Shown here piece after piece: positions 15,001 to 29,800 of a stretch of 64,000 nt of DNA (position 1 is the first letter of the stretch; the number at the start of each line of letters is the position of its first letter). Source of the DNA: the human T2T-CHM13v2.0 reference genome, Homo sapiens; assembly GCF_009914755.1 (NCBI RefSeq), contig NC_060940.1; one strand, 5' to 3'. Position numbers and translations under genes: made by a program. The notes below the pieces were generated by a model. It was not told where the DNA came from. It saw nothing but the letters and a program-made list of their open reading frames with translations, and ran no database searches.

Positions 15001-18000
15001 TCGATTCCATTCGATCACTCCATTCTATTCCATTTGATGATGATTACATTCGATTCCATTTGACGATTCCATCTGATTCTATTCGAGGATTCCATTTGAT
15101 TCCATTCGATGATGATTCCATTCGAGTCCATTCGATGATTTCATTCGAGTACATCCAATGATTCCATTCGAGTCCATTAGATGATTCCATTTGATTCCAT
15201 TTGATAATGATTCTACTAGAGTCCATTCAATGACTCCATTCGAGTCCATTCAACAATTCCATTCGACTCCATTTGATGATTCCATTCGATTCCATTTGAT
15301 GATTCCATTCGAGTCCATTTAATCATTACAGTCGAGTCCATTTGGTGATTCCACCGGATTTCTTTTGATAATGATACCATTCAATTACATTTGATGATGA
15401 TCCCATTCAATTTCATTTGATGGTGATTCCATTAGAGTCCATTCGATGATTTCATTCGAGTCCCTTCATTGATTCCATCCGATTTCATTGGATGATGACT
15501 CCATTCGAGTCCATTCGATGATTCCACTCGATTCCATTTGATGATTCCATTGGAGTCCATTTGATTGTTCCATTCGATTCCATTCGATTCCTTTCGAAGA
15601 TTATTCCATTTGAGTCCATTCGATGATGATTCCATTCCATTCCATTCGATGATTCCGTTTGATTCCATTCGATGATTCCCTTCGATTCCTTTCTTTGATG
15701 ATTCCATTCCATTCCATTCAATGATTCCATTCGAATCTATTCCATGATGATTCCTTTCGATTCTATTCGCTGATGTTTCCTTTCAATTCCATTCGATGAT
15801 GATTCCATTCGATTCCATTCATTGAGGATTCCATTTGATTCCATTCAATGATGATTCCGTTCTATTCCATTCAATGATTGCATTCAATTCCATTCAATGA
15901 TTATCCCATTAGAGTAAACTCAACGATTCCATTCAATACCATTCGATGATGATTCCTTTTGTGTCCATTCAATGATTTCATTCAAGTCCATTTGATGATT
16001 CCTTTCAATTCCATTCTATGATGATTCCATTCGAGTCCATTCGATGATTCCATTCGATTGCATTCGATGATTCCATTATATTCCAGTCAACGATGATTCC
16101 ATTCGAGTCCATTCGATGATTCCATTAGAGTACAGTTAATGATTGCTTTGTTTTCAATTCGAAGATGATTACATTGGATTCCATTCTATGATACCATTCG
16201 ATTCCATTCAATGATGATTCCACTCAAATCCATTGGATGATTCCATTCGTGTCCATTCGGTGATTTCATTAGATTCCATTCGAGGATGATTCCATTCGAT
16301 TCCATTCGATGATTCCATTCAATTCCATTCGATGATGATTCCATTCCAGTCCATATGATCATTCCATTTGATTTCATTCGATGATGATTCCATTCGATTC
16401 CATTCGATGATTCCATTCTATTCCATTCGATGATGATTCCATTCGAGTCCATTCGATGATTCCATTCGAGTCCATTTAATGATTCCATTGGGTTCAATTC
16501 AATGATGATTACATTGGATTCCGTTCTATGATTCCATTCAATTCCGTTCATTGACAATTTGATTCCATTCGATGATGATTCCATTTGAGTTCATTCGATG
16601 ATTCTATTCGATTCTCTTCGATGGTGATTCAATTCTATTATATTGGATGATTCCATTCGATTCCATTTGATGTTGATTCAATTCGATTCTATTCGATGAT
16701 GATTCCATTGGATTTCACTTGATGATTCTATTCGATTCCATTCAATGATGATTCACTTCTCGTCCATTGGATGATTCCATTTCATTCCATTCGATGATGA
16801 TTCCATTCGATTCCATTCGATGATTCCATTTGATTCCATGCGACGGTGAGCAATTCGATTCAATTCCATGATGATTCTATTTGATTCAATTAGATGATGT
16901 TTCCATTCGAATCCATTCCATGATTATTCCATTGGAATCCATTCGGCGATGATTCCATATGAGTCAATTCAATGATGATTCCATATGGGTCCGTTCGATG
17001 ATAATTCCATTTGATTTCATTCGATGCTTCTATTCAATTCCAGTCGATGATGATTCCGTTGGAGTCCATACGATGATTCCATTTGATTTCATTTGATGAT
17101 GATTCCATTCGATGATGATTACATTGGATTCCATTCTATGATTCCATTCAATTCCATTCGTTGATGATTCGATTCCATTCAATGATGATTCCATTTGAGT
17201 TCATTCGATGATTCTATTCGATTCCGTTCGATGGTGATTCAATTCTATTATATTGGATGATTCCACTCGATTCCATTTGATGATAATTCCATTGGAGTCC
17301 ACTTAGTGAATCCTTTAGATTCTACTCGAAGATGATTCCATTCGAGTCCATTCGATGATACCATTCAATTCCATTCGTTGATGCTTCCATTCAAGTGCAT
17401 TCGATGATATCATTCGGTTCCATTTGATGATAATTCCATTTGATTCCATGCGATGATTCTATTCGATTCCATTCAATGATAATTCCATTCAATTCAGTGA
17501 TTCCTCTGGACTCCATTTGATGATGATTCCATTCAATGATTCCATTCGATTCTATTCCAAAATGATTCCATTTGAATCCATTTGATGATGATTCCATTAG
17601 ATTCCATTTGATGATTCCATTCGATTCCATTTGACGATGATTCCATTCGATTTCATTTGATGATTCCATTCTATTCTATTCGATGATGATTCCATTCGAT
17701 TCCATTCGATGATGATTGGATTCGATTCCATTTGATGATTTCATTTGATTCCATTCGTTAATGATTTCGATCAATTCCATTCGATGATTCCATTCGATTC
17801 GATTCGATAATGATTACATCCGAGTCCATTCGATGATTCCATTTGAGCCTGTTCGATAATTCCATTTGAGTCCAACCAATGATTCCATTCATTTCCATTC
17901 AATGATTCCGTTCGAGTCCATTTGATCATTCCGGTATTGTCCATTCGATGTTGATTCCATTGGAGTGCATTCGATGATTCCATTCGAGTCCATTTTATGA

Positions 18001-18147
18001 TTTGATTCGAGTCCTTTCGATGATTCCATTCGATTCCACTCGATGATGATTTCATTCGAGTCCATTCGACACTTCCAATCGATTCCATTTGATGTTTCCA
18101 TTCGAGTCCAATTGATGATTCCATTCAATTCCATTCGATGATGATTC
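12037..18147 (+). repeat. Macro-unit U3, 6111 bp, near-identical to U2
   Basis: Anchors at 12037 and 18148. One difference noticed: A9428 vs T15539, which opens the extra ORF 15432..15707. Confidence 0.95.
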
Positions 18148-21100
18148 CGTACGATTCCATTCTGTGATGATTCCATGTGATTGCATTCAATGATGATTCC
18201 TTTCGATTGCATTCGATTATGATTCATTTCGTGTTCATTCTATGGTTCCACAGGTTTCCATTCGTGTCCATTCCATTATTCCATTCTATTCCATTTGATG
18301 ATGATTCCATTCGATTCCATTCATTGGTGATTCCACTCAATTCCATTCAATGATTCCATTCCATTTCTTTCAACAATGATTCCATTAGTTTCTAATCGAT
18401 GATCCACTTAATTCCATTTGACGACGATTCCATTCTTGTCCATTCGATGATTCCATTTGATTGCATATGATGATGATTCCATTCGATTCCATACGATGAT
18501 GATTCCATTCGAGTCCATTCAATGGTGATTCCATTCAATTCCATTCGATGATTCCTTTCGATTCCATTCGATGATGATGGCATTCGATTCTTTCAATCAT
18601 TCCCTTTGATTCCATTCAAAGGTGATTTCATTCAAGTCCATTCGATAATTGCATTCGATTCCATTCTATGATGATTCCATTCGAGTCCATTTGATGATTC
18701 CATTCAATTCAAGTCAATGATGATTCCATTCGATTCCATTCGATGATTCCATTGGATTCCATTCGATGATGATTCCATTCAAATCCATTCGATAATTCAA
18801 TTCAAGTCCATTCGATGATGATTAAAATCGAATCCATTCAAAGATTCCATTCAGTTCCATTCGATGATTCCCTTAGATTCCATTCGATGATTCCACTTGA
18901 TTCCATTTACGATGATTCCATTCGATTCCATGTGATGATTCCATTCAATTCTATTCAATGCTGTTTCCATTTGATTCCATTCGACCATGATTGCCTTTGA
19001 TTCCATTCAATGACTCCATTCGGTTCCTTTTGATGATGATTCCGTTCGATTCCATTTCATTATTCCATTTGATTCCATTGGATGAGTCCATTCGATTACA
19101 TTCGATGATTATTCCATTCGAGTGCATTAGATGATTCCATTCGAGTCCATTCGATGATTCCATTCGATTCCATTCGATGTTGATTCTGTTCAAATCCATT
19201 CGATGATTCCACTCGATTCCATTCGATGACTCCAGTTGATCCCATTCGATGATTTCCTTTGATTCCCTTTGATGATCATTCCATTTGATTCAATTCGGTG
19301 ATTTCATTTGATTCCATTCAGTGATGTTTCCATTCGACTCCATTCGATGATGATTCCATTCGACTCCATTCGATTATGATTTCATTCAATTCCATTCGAT
19401 AATGATTCCCTTCGAGTCCATTCGATGATTCCATTCGATTCCATTCAACGATGATTTGATTCGTGTCCATTCGATGATTCCATTTGATTCCACTTGATGA
19501 TGATTCCATTCGAGTCCATTTGATGATTCCATTCAATTCCATTCTCCGATGATTTCTTTTGAGCCCACTCAATGCTTCCACTCGATTCCATATGATGATG
19601 ACTCCATTCGATGAAATTCGATGATGATTCCATTCGCTTGCATTCGATGATGATTCCACTTGAGTCCCTTAGAAGATTCTATTCAATTACATTCCATGAC
19701 GATTCCGTTCGAGTCCAATTGATGATTCCATTAGACTCCATTTGACGATGATTCCATTCGATGTTATTCGATGATTCCATTCGATCTCATTCGATGATGA
19801 TTCCATTCAACTCCATTCGATGTTTCCATTCGAGTTCATTCTATTATTCCATTAGATTCCATTCGATGATGATTCCATTCGATTCCATTTGATGATTGCA
19901 TTCTATTTCATTTGATGATGATTCCATTCGAGTCCACTCGATGATTCCATTCGAGTCCATTTAATGAATCCATTGGTTTCAATTCTATGATGATTACATT
20001 GGATTCCATTCGTTGATGATTTCATTCGGTTCCATTCAATGATGATTCCATTCAATTCCTTTCAATGTTTCCATTCAATTCCATACGATGATGATTCCAT
20101 TTGATTTGATTCGACAGTGAGCCATTCGATTCAATTCCATGATGATTCTATTTGATTCCATTGGTTGACATTTCCATTCGATTCCATTCGATGATGATTC
20201 CCTTTGATTCCATTCAAAGATGATTCCATTCTAGCCCATTCAATCATTCCATTCGATTCTATTCAATGATGATTCCATTCATGTCGATTTGGTGATTCCA
20301 TTTGACTTCATTTGATGATGATTCCTTTCAAGTTCATTAGATGATTCCATTCGATTCCATTTGATGATGATCCCATTCGAGTCCATTCAGTGATTCCACT
20401 CGTTTCCATTCCATGGTGATTCCATTCCATTCCATTCAATGATTCCATTCGATTCCGTTTGATGATGATTTCATTCGAGTCCATTTGATGATTCCATTTG
20501 ATTCCATTCGATGATGATTCCATTCGAGTCCATTCGATGATTCTATTCGAATCCATTTGATGATTTCTTTTGATTATAGTTGGTGATGATTCCATTGGAG
20601 TCCATTCAATGATTCCATTCGATTCCAATCGATGGTGATTCCATTAGAGTCCATTTAACGATTCCATTTGATTCCAGTCTCTGATGATTACATTCGAGTC
20701 CATACGACGATTCCACTCAATTCCATATGATGATGATTCCATTCGATTCCATTCGATGATTCCATTCTATTCTATTCAATGGTGATTCCGTTCGAGTACA
20801 TTAGATGATTCCATTCGATTCCATTCAATGATGATTCTATTTGTGTCCCTTAGATGATTCCACATGATTCCATTAGATGATGATACTATTTGAGCCCATC
20901 CAATGATTCCCTTCGATTCCATTCGATGAGGATTCCATTCGATTCAATTCATTGGTGATTCTATTCAATTCAATTCTTTGATTCCATTCCATTCCATTCG
21001 ACAATGATTCCATTCGATTTCTTTCGATGATTCCACTCGATTCCACTTGACATTGATTCCCTTCGATTCCATTCAATGATTCCATTTGATTCCAGTGGAT

Positions 21101-24100
21101 GATGATTGCCATCGATTCCATTCGATCACTCCATTCTATTCCATTTGATGATGATTACATTCGATTCCATTTGACGATTCCATCTGATTCTATTCGAGGA
21201 TTCCATTTGATTCCATTCGATGATGATTCCATTCGAGTCCATTCGATGATTTCATTCGAGTACATCCAATGATTCCATTCGAGTCCATTAGATGATTCCA
21301 TTTGATTCCATTTGATAATGATTCTACTAGAGTCCATTCAATGACTCCATTCGAGTCCATTCAACAATTCCATTCGACTCCATTTGATGATTCCATTCGA
21401 TTCCATTTGATGATTCCATTCGAGTCCATTTAATCATTACAGTCGAGTCCATTTGGTGATTCCACCGGATTTCTTTTGATAATGATACCATTCAATTACA
21501 TTTGATGATGATCCCATTCAATTTCATTTGATGGTGATTCCATTAGAGTCCATTCGATGATTTCATTCGAGTCCCTTCATTGATTCCATCCGATTTCATT
21601 GGATGATGACTCCATTCGAGTCCATTCGATGATTCCACTCGATTCCATTAGATGATTCCATTGGAGTCCATTTGATTGTTCCATTCGATTCCATTCGATT
21701 CCTTTCGAAGATTATTCCATTTGAGTCCATTCGATGATGATTCCATTCCATTCCATTCGATGATTCCGTTTGATTCCATTCGATGATTCCCTTCGATTCC
21801 TTTCTTTGATGATTCCATTCCATTCCATTCAATGATTCCATTCGAATCTATTCCATGATGATTCCTTTCGATTCTATTCGCTGATGTTTCCTTTCAATTC
21901 CATTCGATGATGATTCCATTCGATTCCATTCATTGAGGATTCCATTTGATTCCATTCAATGATGATTCCGTTCTATTCCATTCAATGATTGCATTCAATT
22001 CCATTCAATGATTATCCCATTAGAGTAAACTCAACGATTCCATTCAATACCATTCGATGATGATTCCTTTTGTGTCCATTCAATGATTTCATTCAAGTCC
22101 ATTTGATGATTCCTTTCAATTCCATTCTATGATGATTCCATTCGAGTCCATTCGATGATTCCATTCGATTGCATTCGATGATTCCATTATATTCCAGTCA
22201 ACGATGATTCCATTCGAGTCCATTCGATGATTCCATTAGAGTACAGTTAATGATTGCTTTGTTTTCAATTCGAAGATGATTACATTGGATTCCATTCTAT
22301 GATACCATTCGATTCCATTCAATGATGATTCCACTCAAATCCATTGGATGATTCCATTCGTGTCCATTCGGTGATTTCATTAGATTCCATTCGAGGATGA
22401 TTCCATTCGATTCCATTCGATGATTCCATTCAATTCCATTCGATGATGATTCCATTCCAGTCCATATGATCATTCCATTTGATTTCATTCGATGATGATT
22501 CCATTCGATTCCATTCGATGATTCCATTCTATTCCATTCGATGATGATTCCATTCGAGTCCATTCGATGATTCCGTTCGAGTCCATTTAATGATTCCATT
22601 GGGTTCAATTCAATGATGATTACATTGGATTCCGTTCTATGATTCCATTCAATTCCGTTCATTGACAATTTGATTCCATTCGATGATGATTCCATTTGAG
22701 TTCATTCGATGATTCTATTCGATTCTCTTCGATGGTGATTCAATTCTATTATATTGGATGATTCCATTCGATTCCATTTGATGTTGATTCAATTCGATTC
22801 TATTCGATGATGATTCCATTGGATTTCACTTGATGATTCTATTCGATTCCATTCAATGATGATTCACTTCTCGTCCATTGGATGATTCCATTTCATTCCA
22901 TTCGATGATGATTCCATTCGATTCCATTCGATGATTCCATTTGATTCCATGCGACGGTGAGCAATTCGATTCAATTCCATGATGATTCTATTTGATTCAA
23001 TTAGATGATGTTTCCATTCGAATCCATTCCATGATTATTCCATTGGAATCCATTTGGCGATGATTCCATATGAGTCAATTCAATGATGATTCCATATGGG
23101 TCCGTTCGATGATAATTCCATTTGATTTCATTCAATGCTTCTAATCTATTCCAGTCGATGATGATTCCGTTGGAGTCCATACGATGATTCCATTTGATTT
23201 CATTTGATGATGATTCCATTCGATGATGATTACATTGGATTCCATTCTATGATTCCATTCAATTCCATTCGTTGATGATTCGATTCCATTCAATGATGAT
23301 TCCATTTGAGTTCATTCGATGATTCTATTCGATTCCGTTCGATGGTGATTCAATTCTATTATACTGGATGATTCCACTCGATTCCATTTGATGATTATTC
23401 CATTGGAGTCCACTTAGTGAATCCTTTAGATTCTACTCGAAGATGATTCCATTCGAGTCCATTCAATGATACCATTCAATTTCATTCGTTGATGCTTCCA
23501 TTCAAGTGCATTCAATGATATCATTCGATTCCATTTGATGATAATTCCATTTGATTCCATGCGATGATTCTATTCGATTCCATTCAATGATAATTCCATT
23601 CAATTCAGTGATTCCTCTGGACTCCATTTGATGATGATTCCATTCAATGATTCCATTCGATTCTATTCCAAAATGATTCCATTTGAATCCATTTGATGAT
23701 GATTCCATTAGATTCCATTTGATGATTCCATTCGATTGCATTTGACTATGATTCCATTCGATTCCATTTGATGATTCCATTCTATTCTATTCGATGATGA
23801 TTCCATTCGATTCCATTTGATGATGATTGGATTCGATTCCATTTGATGATTTCATTTGATTCCATTCGTTAATGATTTCGATCAACTCCATTCGATGATT
23901 CCATTTGATTCCATTCGATAATGATTACATCCGAGTCCATTCGATGATTCCATTTGAGCCCATTCGATAATTCCATTTGAGTCCAATCAATGATTCCATT
24001 CATTTCCATTCAATGATTCCATTCGAGTCCATTTGATCATTCTGGTAGGGTCCGTTCGATGTTGATTCCATTGGAGTGCATTCGATGATTCCATTCGAGT

Positions 24101-24258
24101 CCATTTTATGATTTTATTCGAGTCCTTTCGATGATTCCATTCGATTCCACTCGATGATGATTTCATTCGAGTCCATTCGACACTTCCAATCGATTCCATT
24201 TGATGTTTCCATTCGAGTCCAATTGATGATTCCATTCAATTCCATTCGATGATGATTC
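18148..24258 (+). repeat. Macro-unit U4, 6111 bp; matches U2/U3 up to ~22.5 kb, then carries a different set of substitutions
   Basis: Anchors at 18148 and 24259. ORFs 18392-21841 are identical to U2; ORFs from 22297 onward differ (e.g. 23502, 23987, 24114). Confidence 0.92.
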
Positions 24259-27200
24259 CGTACGATTCCATTCTGTGATGATTCCATGTGATTGCATTCA
24301 ATGATGATTCCTTTCGATTGCATTCGATTATGATTCATTTCGTGTTCATTCTATGGTTCCACAGGTTTCCATTCGTGTCCATTCCATTATTCCATTCTAT
24401 TCCATTTGATGATGATTCCATTCGATTCCATTCATTGGTGATTCCACTCAATTCCATTCAATGATTCCATTCCATTTCTTTCAACAATGATTCCATTAGT
24501 TTCTAATCGATGATCCACTTGATTCCATTTGACGATGATTCCATTATTGTCCATTCGATGATTCCATTTGATTCCATATGATGATGATTCCATTCGATTC
24601 CATACGATGAGGATTCCATTCGAGTCCATTCAATGGTGATTCCATTCAATTCCATTCGATGATTCCTTTCGATTCCATTCAATGATGATGGCATTCGATT
24701 CCTTTCAATCATTCCCTTTGATTCCATTCAAAGGTGATTTCATTCAAGTCCATTCGATAATTGCATTCGATTCCATTCTATGATGATTCCATTCGAGTCC
24801 ATTTGATGATTCCATTCAATTCAAGTCAATGATGATTCCATTCGATTCCATTCGATGATTCCATTGGATTCCATTCGATGATGATTCCATTCAAATCCAT
24901 TCGATAATTCAATTCAAGTCCATTCGATGATGATTAAAATCGAATCCATTCAAAGATTCCATTCAGTTCCATTCGATGATTCCCTTAGATTCCATTCGAT
25001 GATTCCACTTGATTCCATTTACGATGATTCCATTCGATTCCATGTGATGATTCCATTCAATTCTATTCAATGCTGTTTCCATTTGATTCCATTCGACCAT
25101 GATTGCCTTTGATTCCATTCAATGACTCCATTCGGTTCCTTTTGATGATGATTCCGTTCGATTCCATTTGATGATTCCATTTGATTCCATTGGATGAGTC
25201 CATTCGATTACATTCGATGATTATTCCATTCGAGTGCATTAGATGATTCCATTCGAGTCCATTCGATGATTCCATTCGATTCCATTCGATGTTGATTCTG
25301 TTCAAATCCATTCGATGATTCCACTCGATTCCATTCGATGACTCCAGTTGTTCCCATTCGATGATTTCCTTTGATTCCCTTTGATGATCATTCCATTTGA
25401 TTCAATTCGGTGATTTCATTTGATTCCATTCAGTGATGTTTCCATTCGACTCCATTCGATGATGATTCCATTCGACTCCATTCGATTATGATTTCATTCA
25501 ATTCCATTCGATAATGATTCCCTTCGAGTCCATTCGATGATTCCATTCGATTCCATTCAACGATGATTTGATTCGTGTCCATTCGATGATTCCATTTGAT
25601 TCCACTTGTTGATGATTCCATTCGAGTCCATTTGATGATTCCATTCAATTCCATTCTCCGATGATTTCTTTTGAGACCATTGAATGCTTCCACTCGATTC
25701 CATATGATGATGACTCCATTCGATGAAATTCGATGATGATTCCCTTTGATTCCATTCCAAGATGATTCCATTCTAGCCCATTCAATCATTCCATTCGATT
25801 CTATTCAATGATGATTCCATTCATGTCGATTTTGTGATTCCATTTGACTTCATTTGATGATGATTCCTTTCAAGTTCATTAGATGTTTCCATTCGATTCC
25901 GTTTGATGATGATCCCATTCGAGTCCATTCAGTGATTCCACTCGTTTCCATTCCATGATGATTCCATTCCATTCCATTCAATGATTCCATTCGATTCCGT
26001 TTGATGATGATTTCATTCGAGTCCATTTGATGATTCCATTTGATTCCATTCGATGATGATTCCATTCGAGTCCATTCGATGATTCTATTCGAATCCATTT
26101 GATGATTTCTTTTGATTATAGTTGGTGATGATTCCATTGGAGTCCATTCAATGATTCCATTCGATTCCAATCGATGGTGATTCCATTAGAGTCCATTTAA
26201 TGATTCCATTTGATTCCAGTCTCTGATGATTACATTCGAGTCCATACGATGATTCCACTCAATTCCATATGATGATGATTCCATTTGATTCCATTCGGTG
26301 ATTCCATTCTATTCTATTCAATGGTGATTCCATTCGAGTACATTAGATGATTCCATTCGATTCCATTCAATGATGATTCTATTTGTGTCCCTTAGATGAT
26401 TCCACATGATTCCATTACATGATGATACTATTTGAGCCCATCCAATGATTCCCTTCGATTCCATTCGATGAGGATTCCATTCGATTCAATTCATTGGTGA
26501 TTCTATTCAATTCAATTCTTTGATTCCATTCCATTCCATTCGACAATGATTCCATTCGATTTCTTTCGATGATTCCACTCGATTCCACTTGACATTGATT
26601 CCATTCGATTCCATTCAATGATTCCATTTGATTCCAGTGGATGATGATTGCCATCGATTCCATTCGATCACTCCATTCTATTCCATTTGATGATGATTAC
26701 ATTCGATTCCATTCGATGATTCCATCTGATTCTATTCGAGGATTCCATTTGATTCCATTCGATGATGATTCCATTCGAGTCCATTCGATGATTTCATTCG
26801 AGTACATCCAATGATTCCATTCGAGTCCATTTGATGATTCCATTTGATTCCATTTGATAATGATTCTACTAGAGTCCATTCAATGACTCCATTCGAGTCC
26901 ATTCAACAATTCCATTCGACTCCATTCGATGATTCCATTCGATTCCATTTGATGATTCCATTCGAGTCCATTTAATCATTACAGTCGAGTCCATTTGGTG
27001 ATTCCGCTGGATTTCCTTTGATAATGATATCATTCAATTACATTTGATGATGATCCCATTCAATTTCATTTGATGATGATTCCATTAGAGTCCATTCGAT
27101 GATTTTATTCGAGTCCCTTCATTGATTCCATCCGATTTCATTGGATGATGACTCCATTCGAGTCCATTCGATGATTCCACTTGATTCCATTAGATGATTC

Positions 27201-29800
27201 CATTGGAGTCCATTTGATTGTTCCATTCGATTCCATTCGATTCCTTTCGAAGATTATTCCATTTGAGTCCATTCGATGATGATTCCATTCCATTCCATTC
27301 GATGATTCCGTTTGATTCCATTCGATGATTCCCTTCGATTCCTTTCTTTGATGATTCCATTCCATTCCATTCAATGATTCCATTCGAATCTATTCCATGA
27401 TGATTCCTTTCGATTCCATTCGCTGATGTTTCCGTTCAATTCCATTCGATGATGATTCCATTCGATTCCATTCATTGAGGATTCCATTTGATTCCATTCA
27501 ATGATGATTCCATTCTATTCCATTCAATGATTGCATTCAATTCCATTCAATGATTATCCCCTTAGAGTAAACTCAACGATTCCATTCAATACCATTCGAT
27601 GATGATTCCTTTTGAGTCCATTCAATGATTTCATTCAAGTCCATTTGATGATTCCTTTCAATTCCATTCTATGATGATTCCATTCGAGTCCATTCGATGA
27701 TTCCATTCGATTGCATTCGATGATTCCATTATATTCCATTCAACGGTGATTCCATTCGAGTCCATTCCATGATTCCATTAGAGTACCTTTAATGATTGCT
27801 TTGTTTTCAATTCGAAGATGATTACATTGGATTCCATTCTATGATACCATTCGATTCCATTCAATGATGATTCCACTCAAATCCATTGGATGATTCCATT
27901 CGTGTCCATTCGGTGATTTCATTAGATTCCATTCGAGGATGATTCCATTCGATTCCATTCGATGATTCCATTCAATTCCATTCGATGATGATTCCATTCC
28001 AGTCCATATGATCATTCCATTTGATTTCATTCGATGATGATTCCATTCGATTCCTTTCGACGATTCCATTCTATTCCATTCGATGATGATTCCATTCGAG
28101 TCCATTCGATGATTCCATTCGAGTCCATTTAATGATTCCATTGGGTTCAATTCAATGATGATTACATTGGATTCCGTTCTATGATTCCATTCAATTCCGT
28201 TCATTGACAGTTTGATTCCATTCGATGATGATTCCATTTGAGTTCATTCGATGATTCTATTCGATTCTCTTCGATGGTGATTCAATTCTATTATATTGGA
28301 TGATTCCATTCGATTCCATTTGATGTTGATTCAATTCGATTCTATTCGATGATGATTCCATTGGATTTCACTTGATGATTCTATTCGATTCCATTCAATG
28401 ATGATTCACTTCTCGTCCATTGGATGATTCCATTTCATTCCATTCGATGATGATTCCATTCGATTCCATTCGATGATTCCATTTGATTCCATGCGACGGT
28501 GAGCAATTCGATTCAATTCCATGATGATTCTATTTGATTCAATTAGATGATGTTTCCATTCGAATCCATTCCATGATTATTCCATTGGAATCCATTCGGC
28601 GATGATTCCATATGAGTCAATTCAATGATGATTCCATATGGGTCCGTTCGATGATAATTCCATTTGATTTCATTCGATGCTTCTATTCTATTCCAGTCGA
28701 TGATGATTCCGTTGGAGTCCATACGATGATTCCATTTGATTTCATTTGATGATGATTCCATTCGATGACGATTACATTGGATTCCATTCTATGATTCCAT
28801 TCAATTCCATTCGTTGATGATTCGATTCCATTCAATGATGATTCCATTTGAGTTCATTCGATGATTCTATTCGATTCCGTTCGATGGTGATTCAATTCTA
28901 TTATATTGGATGATTCCACTCGATTCCATTTGATGATTATTCCATTGGAGTCCACTTAGTGAATCCTTTAGATTCTACTCGACGATGATTCCATTCGAGT
29001 CCATTCGATGATACCATTCAATTCCATTCGTTGATGCTTCCATTCAAGTGCATTCGATGATATCATTCGATTCCATTTGATGATAATTCCATTTGATTCC
29101 ATGCGATGATTCTATTCGATTCCATTCAATGATAATTCCATTCAATTCAGTGATTCCTCTGGACTCCATTTGATGATGATTCCATTCAATGATTCCATTC
29201 GATTCTATTCGAAAATGATTCCATTTGAATCCATTTGATGATGATTCCATTAGATTCCATTTGATGATTCCATTCGATTCCATTCGACGATGATTCCATT
29301 CGATTCCGTTTGATGATTCCATTCTATTCTATTCGATGATGATTCCATTCGATTCCATTCGATGATGATTGGATTCGATTCCATTGGATGATTTCATTTG
29401 ATTCCATTCGTTAATGATTTCGATCAATTCCATTCGATGATTCCATTCGATTCCATTCGATAATGATTACATCCGAGTCCATTCGATGATTCCCTTTGAG
29501 CCTGTTCGATAATTCCATTTGAGTCCAACCAATGATTCCATTCATTTCCATTCAATGATTCCATTCGAGTCCATTTGATCATTCCGGTAGGGTCCATTCG
29601 ATGTTGATTCCATTGGAGTGCATTCGATGATTCCATTCGAGTCCATTTTAGGATTTGATTCGAGTCCTTTCGATGATTCCATTCGATTCCACTCGATGAT
29701 GATTTCATTCGAGTCCATTCGACACTTCCAATCGATTCCATTTGATGATTCCATTCGAGTCCAATTGATGATTCCATTCAATTCCATTCGATGATGATTC
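24259..29800 (+). repeat. Macro-unit U5, 5542 bp (6112 minus a 570-bp deletion)
   Basis: Anchors at 24259 and 29801. GAAATTCGATGATGATTCC is joined directly to CTTTGATTCC...CTAGCCC at ~25743; in U2 these lie 570 bp apart (7409 vs 7979). Confidence 0.93.
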
